A stretch of 63,839 nucleotides of DNA, the filler included, from Fonticula-like sp. SCN 57-25 (taxonomy: Eukaryota), in the NCBI GenBank assembly GCA_001724245.1. It is 3 parts of 3 records of this genome, joined end to end, with 100 filler letters (N's around TTAATTAATTAA, not from the genome) between each part and the next. Parts side by side here need not be neighbours in the genome. Positions count along the whole stretch, not along the records: positions 21,691 to 43,111 come from MEDX01000081.1; 2 more parts are not named here. One strand, 5' to 3'. Made by a program: the position numbers and the translations under genes. Shown piece by piece: positions 25,033 to 36,098 of the stretch. Position 1 is the stretch's first letter; each line of letters starts with the position of its first letter. The notes below the pieces were generated by a model. The model was not told where the DNA came from and did not search any database. It saw only the letters and a program-made list of their open reading frames with translations.

Positions 25033-25233
25033 CTACTTGTGGTCAGGTTGAGGCGTCACCTCTGCCTTTCCTTGGTACTTTTCGTAGCAGGCCCGAAACT
25101 CGCGGACTTCGTTCGAACACTTTCTCCAGTCTCTATGCTCTGCAAAGCACAGCAGGACCTTTTCGTTCAAGTCTGCGCAGCCCGTCCGCTCGATCCGCGC
25201 CGTGTACTCGTCCACCTCCTCCGCCTCCGACAT
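25033..25233 (-). CDS. COA4: Cytochrome c oxidase assembly factor 4 (twin CX9C)
   Basis: DEYTARIERTGCADLNEKVLLCFAEHRDWRKCSNEVREFRAC. Confidence 0.85.
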   Translation of the reverse strand: MSEAEEVDEYTARIERTGCADLNEKVLLCFAEHRDWRKCSNEVREFRACYEKYQGKAEVTPQPDHK

Positions 25234-25351
25234 CGTGACCACGTGGATGAATGGTTTGATTGGCGGTCCTTTGCGCTTTGTGATTGGTCAATAAATTGGC
25301 GGGAAACCGGCGTGCGTGCAACAATCGACAGCATTTATTGGATGCGGTTTT

Positions 25352-26416
25352 CTATTCGAGGAGGTAGTCACGGAGCACGTCGTAATAGTCGGTGTTGAGC
25401 AGCGGGGCGTCGCAGTTGAGGAGCTCCTCGTAAAACTCGACCTTGTTGGGCGTTCCCCAGAAGCGCACCTAGAGAACAGTAAGACACAGGGCCACATTGG
25501 TCCTGGCGTACCCGCTGGCCACGGGCGGCAGCCGTCGTCACGTAGTGGCGCACGCGCTCCTGCGTCTCCTCATCAAACGGCGTCTGTAAAAGAGTAAGCA
25601 AATGACCATTCAGCCTGCGGAAAATGCGCACGGCGGTGCTGTCAAAGAGCGAGTCCCAGCTTTGCGACATCCACGGGTAAATGGCGGCAATGTCCTCGGC
25701 ATCGTCGTCAAAGTTGTCCAGAATGCGGCCGTCGAGCGCCGCGTAGCGCACGCTCATATTGCGGAGGTACTCTTGCGAGACGCGGTTCCCCGAAATTAGC
25801 ACCAGGACGGCGCCCTCCGTCGTGTTGACTGCGATCACAGTCAGCGCAGTGGCGGGAAAACAAATCGCGTACTGATGCCGTTGGACGTGTGGAAGGTGAC
25901 AAAGAGGCCCGGGTACTGCGCAGCAAAGTACTCGAGGCTCGCGTGAATGGCCTCAAAGGTCTCCTCGGCGTCCGTCTTGACATCAATGTTGAGCGTGAAC
26001 GTCTTGCCGACGTTGAGCTTGTGAGCGAGCGGCTACGGGGGTGTTAGGGCCGCGAGCGAGCGACCTCTGCGTACCTGGATATACGTCGTCTCGACAAAGC
26101 GGTCAGCTAGGACCTGAAAGTATGCGTCGTCAAGCGACACATTGCAGGCGCGCTACATGGGGACAAGGTAAGCTGCAAGCGCGAGACACTGGCGGCGGAC
26201 CACATAGCAGTTGTGGCCGATGACCACGACGCCATCCTGAAGGAACACGTCAGGCTCGACGTTGCAAAAGCCGGCGTCCAGCGCAGGGATCAAAGGGTCG
26301 CCATTCTCCTGGTCGTTGTGAGCGTACGCGCGCAGGAGCGGCGTGGGCCAGGTCTGGCGCGCGGCCGCAATGGCCGCCAGCGCCGCCACCAGTACGACCA
26401 CCTCGAGACGCATCAT
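25352..26416 (-). CDS. AIM6-like PLC/GDPD-fold phosphodiesterase with signal peptide
   Basis: Signal peptide MMRLEVVVLVAALAAIAAA; AYAHND...PLIPALDAGFCNVEPDVFL...VIGH; TLNIDVK; VLISGNR; C-terminal LLNTD. Confidence 0.75.
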
Positions 26417-26514
26417 GTCGGATGTGATTGGACTGCACAAATTTTCAAATTTCACTTTTGTCACATCAATAATCAGCTTGTTGGGTTCCCTGGGCGGCCA
26501 GCGATTGCGACAAA

Positions 26515-27742
26515 ATGAAGAAGAAGGTGCGCTCGCTTGGCGGCGTCGCGGCTTTCGGCAAGCTCACGCAATGTTGTTTTTGATAAACAGGTCTTGCTTA
26601 TGGGCAAGAGCGGGTCTGGAAAGACTTCCATGCGCTCAATCATCTTTGCGAACTATATCGCTCGCGACACCCGCCGGTTGGGCGCTACGAGTACGTCACT
26701 TTCGTCGGCAAAAGTGCCCTTTGCCTAACTGTGGCTGCTTGTCGTTTAGTTGATGTCGAGCACTCGCACGTCCGTTTTCTTGGCAATTTGGTGCTGAACC
26801 TGTGGGACTGCGGAGGGTGCGCACCTTGCCTGCCTCCTCCCTTGGCTAACCGTGCCCCTGCAGCCAAGAGGCGTTCATGGAGAATTACTTTGCCAGCCAG
26901 CGCGACCACATCTTCCGCAACGTCGAGGTTCTTATTTACGTGTTTGACGTGGAGAGCCGCGAGCTGGAAAAGGACATGCACTACTACCAGTCGTGCCTTG
27001 AGGCCATCCTTCAAAACTCCAAGGAGGCCAAAATTTTCTGCCTGATCCACAAGATGGATCTCGTACAAGAGGATCAGCGCGATATTGTACGAGATTATTT
27101 CTGTGTCGCCTTTTTTCTAACGCCCGCGCGTGCAGGTGTTTGCCGAGCGCGAGGCCGAGCTGCGCCGCCGGTCGCTACCCCTCGACATCACCTGCTTCCG
27201 CACGTCCATATGGGACGAGACGCTCTACAAGGTTCGTTCGCTGGCCATTGTACTTTTATATTCACCAAGGCTGTTCAATTAGGCGTGGTCGTCGATTGTG
27301 TACTCGCTCATCCCGAATGTCAAGCTGCTCGAGTCGCACCTGATGACGTTTTGCAACATTTGCGAGGCTGACGAGGTCGTTCTGTTTGAGCGCGCAACTT
27401 TCCTCGTGATCTCGCACGCGACGTCGCGCGAGCACCGCGACGTGCACCGCTTTGAAAAGATTTCAAACATCATCAAGCAGTTCAAGCTGAGCTGCAGCAA
27501 GTCGCAGGCGCACTTTCAGAGCATGGAAGTCCGCAACTCGACATTCACCGCCTTTGTCGACTTTTTGACGGCCAACACATACGTCATGGTCATCCAATCA
27601 GATCCCTCTATCCGTACGCCTTTTCATGCTTTTATGTACTAGTTTGGCTAATATGAACGATGCAGAGTCGGCCGCCACGCACATTAACATTGCCGTCGCG
27701 CGGCAGCACTTTGAGAAGCTCGAGGGCGGCACGCTCAAATAA
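26515..27742 (+). CDS. RRAGA: Rag GTPase A/B (Gtr1)
   Basis: [78 protein letters not shown]. Confidence 0.97.
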
Positions 27743-27963
27743 GGTGCAGCGGCTGTCGCGGGCGTTTCGGGTTCGATTCCTGCGTGATATGTGCCCCTTT
27801 TCCCTGTAGTGTGCGTGCGAAGAGGGCCGTTTTTCTCCCTTTTTCGTGCCGATGTGACGCGCGCGCTCTTATTTCATAAACGTTTTATTACTGTCATCCA
27901 TCGGAAGAATACCATAAACACTTGAAATCGAACGAAGCGAGCTATGTGCCGCGCGCCAATTAC

Positions 27964-28901
27964 TTACCGCCTCGGCGGCGGCGGCGGCGGCATTGCGCTC
28001 TGCCGCTGCCGGATCGCCTCCCGGATCGGCGCCTCAAAGTGGAGCCCCGCCCGCGGGACGATGACGCCCAGGGCGGCGAGGGTCACCGGGTACAGCGCCG
28101 AGCTAAGCATGAGCGCCAGGGCGTACGAGCCAAGCACGTGCGATAGCTGGTCCTTGTGCGTCCCCAGCATGTCAAGCAGAGGGTCAATGTCCACGCCCAG
28201 TCGAAGAGCGCCGTAAATGAGCGTCGTGATCGCAAGGCCGGTAAAACGCGCGCTCAAAAAGTAGCCTAGATAACAAAAAAAAAGAGAAAAAAGTTCATTT
28301 AGTCACATTGAACGCTCGTGGTCCCGGTAAAGGAGATCATCGTACCGATGCCGTATTCGTTGACCTTGTCGACAAGCAGCCGCATCGACTTGCCCACGAC
28401 GGTGTCGGGCCTCGGGTTGACCGGTCCCATCCCGGGCATCACGTTGGCAAGCGCCGAAACGTTGACCTTGGAGAGCGGCGGGAGCACCTTGACGAGCACG
28501 GCGGCGTTGGCGAGCTCCAGGGGGAGGCGGAAACGGCGCAGCATGCGCGAGATGGCGACCGCGACCGCAAGCTCGGGAGCCGCGCTCATGCCGCTGAGGT
28601 ACACAAACGAGTATGTCGTCGCGATCGACGCCATGTCGAGCATCGGCATAGTCACAAGCGACGTGATCGGGTAATTGACAAAGGAAAAGTTGAGGTTGTA
28701 GGCAAAGCTCGGCACGAGCCCCGGCGGCTGCCGCGGGTTGTACTTGTCGTCCTCCTCCTCTTCGGATTTTGTATTGGGGGGGATCGGGCCGCCCGAAACT
28801 CCTTTAGACGCATCATCCGAGTAAAAGCGACGGAAAGAAAGAAGGGAGAGCGCCGGCCGCGACGACGGGGCCCGCAGGCCCACCCGACACAGCGACAGCA
28901 T
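27964..28901 (-). CDS. Mitochondrial FAM210/DUF1279-like membrane protein, apparently two DUF1279-like halves
   Basis: Arg/Ser/Leu-rich presequence MLSLCRVGLRAPSSRPALSLLSFRRFYS; EYGI|GYFLSAR...IYGALRLGVDI...GSYALAL...LYPV; first half ELAVAVAISRMLRRFRLPLEL. Confidence 0.55.
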
Positions 28902-28998
28902 CGCTCTGCCGACGCACCAACCAAAGTCTGACAGCGCAAATCAGGACGCAAATCAGAAAATCAGAAGGAATCAGAACGTCCCTGTTCGTCTGTTCAAG

Positions 28999-29676
28999 AT
29001 GGCGGCAGCGTCGCTCAAAGTGCAAAAGTTTTGGGCCGGCCTCGGTGCGATATTACCCTTTCGCTTGCCTCGCTAACGGCGGCATACAGAGCCCGTTCGG
29101 GTCCCACTGTATGATAGGAGCGCGCACAAGCATGCGCTGGACGATTTTGTGCGCCAGCTGTTTGAGCAAGTGTATGAATACACCGAGGATCAAGGCACGA
29201 GCAACATCAAGCTTGTCCTGGGCTATATTGGCTGCATAGCGGCCCTGGGCGGCTCTGCGTACGCCTATTTCCTCCCGTTTGAGCAAACGCGCGTCTTTCT
29301 CGCCGTGTGCGTCGTTGTGTACTTTGTGTGCAGCTCGGCCATGTCGTGGGTTGCCCACAAGGAAGGCGGCCGCGTCTTCCAGGGATCGTCAAAGATCGCG
29401 TCGGTGCGCCGTCTCTTTTGTCGTTGCTTCTTTTGTTTTTGACTGACTCTTTGATAGGGGCGTCGGTTAATTGACGTGTCGGCCGAGTGGCCCGCGGGGA
29501 CATCGCAGTACACGTATCGCGCCTCGGGGACGCAGGGCACCAAGCACGGCGAGTCTTCGGTTTCGTTCGACCTCGGGCAGGTGTTTGACAGCAGCGGGCT
29601 GCTGCTCACGAGCGTCGTACACGAGCACATTGCAAAGCTCATCGCCGCCGTCTACGCCGACTCGAAGAAAAACTAG
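28999..29676 (+). CDS. SPCS2: Signal peptidase complex subunit 2 (SPC25)
   Basis: VPLYDRSAHKHALDDFV...YTED....NIKLVLG...AYFLPFEQTRVFLAVCVVVYF; GQVFDSSGLL. Confidence 0.85.
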
Positions 29677-29738
29677 ACAAACTATACATTTTGCTTTATT
29701 GTATCATTCAATCAAAATTCAATGCTTTATGCCCTTGG

Positions 29739-30802
29739 TCAGTCGAGGTCGTCGATGTCGCCAGAGCTTGCCGGCGGCTGCGGCGGTGGGGCAGACGCAG
29801 CGCCGCCGAGAAGCAGTGAACGGAGGCTGCTCAGTATCCTCCCTTCGAGCGCATTCATTTCCTCGCGCACAACGCGCCTCACAATCCTGTCGCACGCGCA
29901 TTAGAAAAAGGTGCACGAACATTACAGCGCACGTTTCTATCATTGTCTCCGTCACCTGCACCTGCGCCGTTTCCTCCGTTTGTATTGTTCTTTTCTCCTC
30001 TTCTTGCCGCTCGCGCTCCATTGCCGCCTCTTTCCTCTGCCGCTCGACTGCGCCGCCGACCTCGGCCAGCGACGCTGCAATTCCTTGCGGAAGCGTCCCC
30101 GACGGGTTCGACATCATGAGGCCCATGAGAGGCTGCAGCATCGCGCTGCCCTTTAGCTCGCCCAGCATCGGCCCGTACGTGTCCATGAGTCCGCGAAGCG
30201 AGCTCGGGCCGGCGGCCTGCTGGCGCTCTAGATCACGCAGCTTCGCCTGCGCTGGCCCTCCGAGAGGGACACCAATATCGTCCAGCATGCCCTTGAGCCG
30301 ATTTACATCAAAGTCGCCCGGCGGCACAGAAGGTACAGGGACAGGCAAGGGGGCGCGCGCGGGGACGTCTTCTGGCTCGAGTGCAAAGAGACATATCCGG
30401 CCGACGCGGATGGCGGGGCCGTCACCAGGCAGCTACACGGGTCAGCAACGCTCGATGCAGCCACAAAGGGCATACCGTAATCTGGACGACCGACTTGACC
30501 TGTCGTGGCGGCTCAAAAGAAAAAACGTGTGTGTGGCCGTCGCGCTGCGGCGATGCGCACGATGGTACCCGCGGGAGGCCGTCGCCGTCCAGGGATGCTG
30601 ACGCGGCATCGCTCCACAGCGATAGGCGCTCGACCGAGATCGGCGCGTCAAATCGGATCGAGATCTCCGCTGGGCCCTTTACCTCGCCTCTATGTAACGT
30701 CACCGTGGCAAAATTGTCGTCGCCGTCCTCCTCGTCGGCCCCAAACACGGTGGCCCACGCGTCATCGCCGTGCAGATCCCAGCTCGACGCAATGTCCGCC
30801 AT
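29739..30802 (-). CDS. PAAT/C10orf88 (DUF4506)-like protein
   Basis: N-terminal ASSWD; central FDVNRLKGMLDDIGVPLGGPAQAKL..L..QQ resembles the PAAT motif IDL..V..+..+G..L...AQ.L...+..QQ. Confidence 0.55.
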
Positions 30803-30929
30803 CAGCGCAAACTGAACTGTGGTTTGCAAGGCAAACTCTCTTTGGTTTGCAACAAAGGGAAACCTTTTCGATAGCGTTTATTTGTACAACATAATTCCAG
30901 CCCGCCGTCCATGATAATTATGACGCTTT

Positions 30930-32203
30930 CTATGCGTCGACCTCCTCGAGGAGCGGGTCCTTGCCCGTCTGGCCCGTGGACAGCTCGCGGGGGAGCGCCG
31001 CGAGCGCCTCCGCCGAGATGGTCGGGAACGGCGGCGACGTCTCAAAGCGCTTCTTGATGGCGTCCGACATGAATACGTACGTGTTCTAGCGCGGCCACTC
31101 GTCAGCACAGTCAAAAACAAAAAAGGGCAGTGCGTACCTCTGAGCCGGGGATGGACCCCTTGATGTAGACGAGGTTGAGCAGCGTGTCCACCTTGAACAC
31201 CTGCACGTTCTGCTGCGTGCGGCGCTCGCCACCCATGCGGCCAGCCATCTTCTTGCCCTTGAACACGCGGCCGGGGTCCTATGGGGACTAGTGTCAGCTA
31301 CCGTGGATCACTGCAAAAAAAGCGCACCTGGCGAGAACCCGTAGCACCGTGCGAGCGGTGAGACACGGACACACCGTGAGACGCGGGGAGACCGCCAAAG
31401 CCGTGGCGCTTCATGACACCCTGGAAACCCTTGCCGATCCTAACGGGCGTGTGAGCAAAGAGAGATGCGCGAGGAAAGAGGCTCGTACGTGATGCCGGCG
31501 ATGTCGACGTACTGGCCGGGGACAAAGTGGGCCGCGCTCAGCTCCGTTCCTGAACAGTGTCGGTGAGCAATAGTGCATAAAAGTGACAAGCTGTAGCGCA
31601 CCGATCGGGATGACGGCCTCGGGCGACACGCGGAACTCGCAGAGCACATGGCGCGGCTCGATCTCGTGCTTGGCATAGTGGCCGGCCATCGGCTTGTTCA
31701 CGTTCTTCTCCTTGCGAGGCCCAGCGCCGATCTGCAGCGCCGTATAGCCGTCGCGCTCGGGGGTCTTGTGGTCGACAACAGTGACATGGTCCATCTGGAG
31801 CACAGTCACGGGCGTCTCAGTGCCCCACTCGTCGTAGAGCGTCATCATTCCCTTCTTCACGGCAATGACGCCCGTCCGGCGAGAAAGTTCCGTCCAGCCA
31901 GTCTCCTGCAATAAAGTAATAATACAATGAAAGAAAAAAGAAGGAAAGAAAGGAAAAACGTTGAGTCGCTTTGCAAAAAGCCTGCGAAAAAGAGCGCACC
32001 TTGTCCGACCGGAGCACGCGCTCGGGCTTGGAGCCGAAAAGCTTCTCGACCTCCTCGATGACCGCCTTTGGCCCATCCTTCACGGCGATCTTTGCCGTTC
32101 CTCCCGACGTTGGCTTTGCAGCGGCAGCGGCGCGCGCGCCGAGCAGCGCGAGCGGCGCCAGCGCAGGGCGCACGAGCATGCGGCCCGCCGACACGAGTGC
32201 CAT
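30930..32203 (-). CDS. MRPL3: Mitochondrial ribosomal protein uL3m
   Basis: [89 protein letters not shown]. Confidence 0.95.
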
Positions 32204-32270
32204 GGGTAACCGAGGCAAGGAAATCTGGGGTGGTTTCCGGGGCAGAATCAGGGGATGTATTGTACAAAGA

Positions 32271-33513
32271 TCAGAGGTCAAAGAGCGGCGCCGTGATGGA
32301 CGCGTAGTCGACGGGGAGCCGCTTGCCGGCCTTGCTGCAAAACAAAAAAAGTCAGGGTACAATGAAAAAGATACAAAAACATACCGGCACGCATAGAGAG
32401 CCGCTCCAACGGCCGCCGTTTCGGTGAGGCGCACAAACCTAAAGCCCTTTTGCGGTCGGCCCTCGTACTGCAGCTTGGCCTCGACGCCCTTTCGGAGCAG
32501 CTCGGCAGACCGAAAGACCGAGCCCGCGCATACAACAAGCAGCGGCTCCAGTCCGTCGACCATGTCGTGTGGCAGCTTGCGGGCGACTGAGCCAACGTGG
32601 TTACCGAGCCAGCCGCCGCAGCGCGCCCACGCCGCCAGGCAGAACTGGTCGCCGAGGGCGGCTCCTTCTGCCAGACGCACCGCAAACGAAGCAATTGCGT
32701 CCTTTTTAAAGTTGCTGTATGCGTGCGGAAGCATATCCCTTTGGAAATCATTCGATAACTATTAAAGTGAGCACTAAAGGTATCACCAGTCAGGGTCGCA
32801 CCGAAAAGTGATCCATGAGCGCCGCCTTGGCCCATGTAATGTCGCCGCTGTCGGCTGACTCTGCCTCCATCCCATCGCTTACCAGGAATATATGACGAAT
32901 GGCGGTAATAGAGACGTCATAGGCGCTACCATAGTCGCCCAGGACATGTCCCCAGCCCCCACTGCCGACCGACGAGCCGTCGGCGAGGATGCAGACGCAG
33001 TTGCTCCCCGTGCCCGCGATGAGGCTGATGCCCTGGATGCTTGGCGACGCCGTCGCAATGCAGCCAATAGTGTCATTGCACGCAAAGTATGAGCGCGAGA
33101 TGTCAGAGGCGGCGGCGGAGAGGGCCGCCTCTAGCTCGGCGCACGACGCCGGTGTGTCCAGGCCACTCAGCGCCAACCCCTGCAAAAGTTTAGTACAGCG
33201 AATGTGAACAACAAGCAAACATACGACACCGGCAAGCGGTAATGACACATTAGCCTCATTCACAGCTCGTAGCAACAGATCGCGGAGTACTTTGACGGTG
33301 GCCGCCATCCCGTTCAGCTACGCGGGGGTAAGCGTGTGAATGCACTTGACGCGACGTACCCATTGGTTCGTGCTGCCGGCCTGCGCGCGGCTAACGATCT
33401 TTCCCTCTGCATTTAAAATAACGCACACTGAATGTGTCGCGCCCCTAAATGGAGCACCCCTGAGCTCGCGTACAAGTGATACCTCGAACGTACCCCTCAA
33501 TGCCGGCCCACAT
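32271..33513 (-). CDS. NAGK: N-acetylglucosamine kinase (BadF/BadG/BcrA/BcrD ATPase family)
   Basis: MWAGIEG|GATHS; GLALSG; CNDTIG.IAT; LIAGTGSNC; GGWGHVLGDYGSAY; VVCAGSVF; AAVGAA. Confidence 0.9.
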
Positions 33514-33888
33514 CCTGCCAAACCAAACGATGACAGGTTCGTAAAATGAAGCGCACAATGCTGCCACAACCGTGTTGGGAAGGACAAGGAGGCCACCTGA
33601 GCCGGGAGGCCTTCTAATGCGCAGTATGGTACAGTAACAGCAATGCTTAAAGGTGCACTCAATGTACACCCAGCTGACAGTCCCTGAGGCTGTATAGCCT
33701 AGTCGATTGGGCCTCTTCTTCTACTACCCCACAAACCATTCATGCAGCGTCACCAAAAGTTGCATGCGACTTTTAGGACAGACTTTTCTGTATCACAGCC
33801 GCGCAGTTGCCGGGAAAGTTATACATTTGCCGCGCTTGTCGTCCGCATCCACCGCCTGTTCCCTTGGTTGTGACGACCGCTGTTTATA

Positions 33889-35071
33889 ATGTCGACTCCC
33901 GCATCGTCGGCGGCACCTGTGCCCGCCACGCCGACGCCGTCCTCGGGCCGCCGGCTCGCATTCGATAATGACGAGGTCGTGCTGTGCTACCACGGCCCGC
34001 TCATGTACGAGGCCAAGGTGCTGCGCGGCGAGTACTGGGAGGGCCGCGAGAACGCCGAGGACGGGCCGCACTACTTTATGCATTACAAGGGCTGGAAGTC
34101 AAAGTGCGCTCCGTTTGAATCCTATGTTTGGCGGCGTCCATGCTGACGACACGGCATAGATGGGACGAGTGGGTGCCCGAGAGCCGCGTCCACCGCTACA
34201 ACGAGGAGAACCTCCAGCGGCAACAGAGCGAGACGCAAGGTGCGTTTATAAATACTGTTAAGCAGGCCGTCTAACGCGCCCGCTAGCCCTCGCGGCAAAG
34301 TCGCCACAGCAGCCGGCGAAGGATTCCCAGCAGAAGGAGCAAGGGAAGGATCAGAACAAGCGCAAGCGCCCCGCATCGTCACTGCGCGACGAGTCTTCGA
34401 CGCCGCCGTCCTCCTGTGCGCTCAACGCTTTTCCAGCGCTGTCGCTGACGTTTGTTCTTAGCTGATCGCCACGTGCGGCGGCCCGGCGCCGGTGCGCCAT
34501 CTCAGTCCGGCCGCGCCAAGGGCGAGATCGTGCTGCCGCTGCCCGAGGACTTTGTGCGCTATCTCGTGGACGACTGGGAGAACGTAACAAAGCAACAGAA
34601 GCTCGTGAGTCTTCCGCGGGACCCGTCGATCTCGCAGATCATCGCCGAGTATCTCGAGTCGCACGCGCCGTACGCCCCTTCAATACCGCTTTTGCCTCTG
34701 ATGCTGATGAGCTGCACCGCAGTTCGACGGGGACGCGCGAGGCGCTCGAGGCGCTGGAGCTCTACTTTCAGATGGCGCTGGGCAAGATGCTGCTGTACCG
34801 GTTTGAGCGGCAGCAGCTGCTCGATGTGCAGCGGCGGTTCGGCGACAAGCACCCGCTGAGCCGCGTGTACGGCGCCGAGCACCTCCTGCGGCTGTACGTC
34901 AAGCTGCCCAACCTGCTCGAGCAGACGGACATGCCGCAGGACGCGGCGGCCGAGCTTGCCGCTACGCTCTCTGACTTTATGCGGTTCATGCACAAGAACG
35001 CAGGGAAGTTCCTGCTAAAGGAGTACGACAACCCGCCCGCAGAGTACATCAACATGAGCAAGAGTTTGTAA
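33889..35071 (+). CDS. EAF3: MRG15/Eaf3 chromo-barrel + MRG domain protein
   Basis: VLCYHGPLMYEAKV; YFMHYKGWKSK|WDEWVPESR; LVDDWENVTK; ALGKMLLYRFERQQ; YGAEHLLRLYVKLP. Confidence 0.93.
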
Positions 35072-35204
35072 ATACTTCATCATCACAATAAAGTGTACCA
35101 CTATGGACAGTGCGAGCGAGGCCGTGATAGTATACGGGGAATATGTACTAAATGCCTGCATAACTATGTACAGCAACAATAACGAATGCGACGACCACGT
35201 CGCC

Positions 35205-35899
35205 TCAGTAGAGCATGATGATGAAGAGGAGGAACAGGCCAAAAAAGAGAGCTGCCTGCGACAGCGTCTGCTCCTGGCGCCGCTGCATCTCTATCGCCAC
35301 CCACGAAGTTAGTAAAAGATTACGACGCTATTTATGCGCACCGAGGCTGTCCGCGGTGCCGGGCTGCCCGCCCAGGTTCGTCCAATTGACTCCTGTGAAC
35401 CCCTAGGAACATCGACCAGTCAGCAAAAGAAACAGCGTCCGCCGAGTAAGGCCGCACATTCGAGTGAACTCCGAAAAAACCGGGAAAGCCAAACATTCCT
35501 ATTGAGAACTGGAACTGATTCTGCGGCGGGGCGTTCGGGTTGGGCTGCAAGCGGGAAAGGTGAGCAGGGGGATCGACGGGTCAAAAGGGCGCGCACCGTA
35601 GAATCCGGCCGCTGCGCCTGCGGACGCGGCGTGGACGAGTGCATTGGGTTGGCGCGCTCTGCGCCGCGCGTAAAGATGGGGATGAGCTTGTCCTTGCCGA
35701 TGCCGGCCTTGCAGACGGGGCACGACGGGAGACGCTGGCTCTGCATCCACCGATCGAGACACGGCCAGCAGTAGAGATGGCCGCATAGCGACACGACCGG
35801 CTCATTCGCCTGGTCAAAGCAAATGTTGCATTCAAACTTTTCGCCAACGTCAGAGGGCGCCGAGGCACCCTTGCTCGAGCTCGCGTCGGCGTCCGACAT
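35205..35899 (-). CDS. RNF5: RNF5/RNF185-type C3HC4 RING E3 ligase with C-terminal membrane anchor
   Basis: FECNICFDQANEPVVSLCGHLYCWPCL..W....CPVCKAGI...KLIPIF.RG; PRPQAQRP; FQFSIGMFGFP; hydrophobic tail. Confidence 0.88.
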
Positions 35900-36098
35900 G
35901 CGCGCGGGCCGGCGAGGTTGTTATGAGAAATCACGTGATCTGATGACGTACGCGAATGGAGCGCCTGGAAAGCACGGCAGCAAGCGAAATACATGCACAC
36001 TACTCGGAATAGTACAGTTTAAAAGTGTAGTTATCAATATATCAATATATTCAAACAAAATATATATCTGAATCAATGTACAAAAAGGGCGCCAAAGC

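Noticed and set aside
22059-27742. MEAK7-like and RagA genes close together as a TORC1 cluster
   Set aside because: Separated by three unrelated genes in a gene-dense genome; proximity is plausibly chance.
27765-27785. tRNA T-arm-like CGGGTTCGATTCCTG downstream of RagA
   Set aside because: No acceptor, D or anticodon arms can be built; it lies in a probable 3' UTR.
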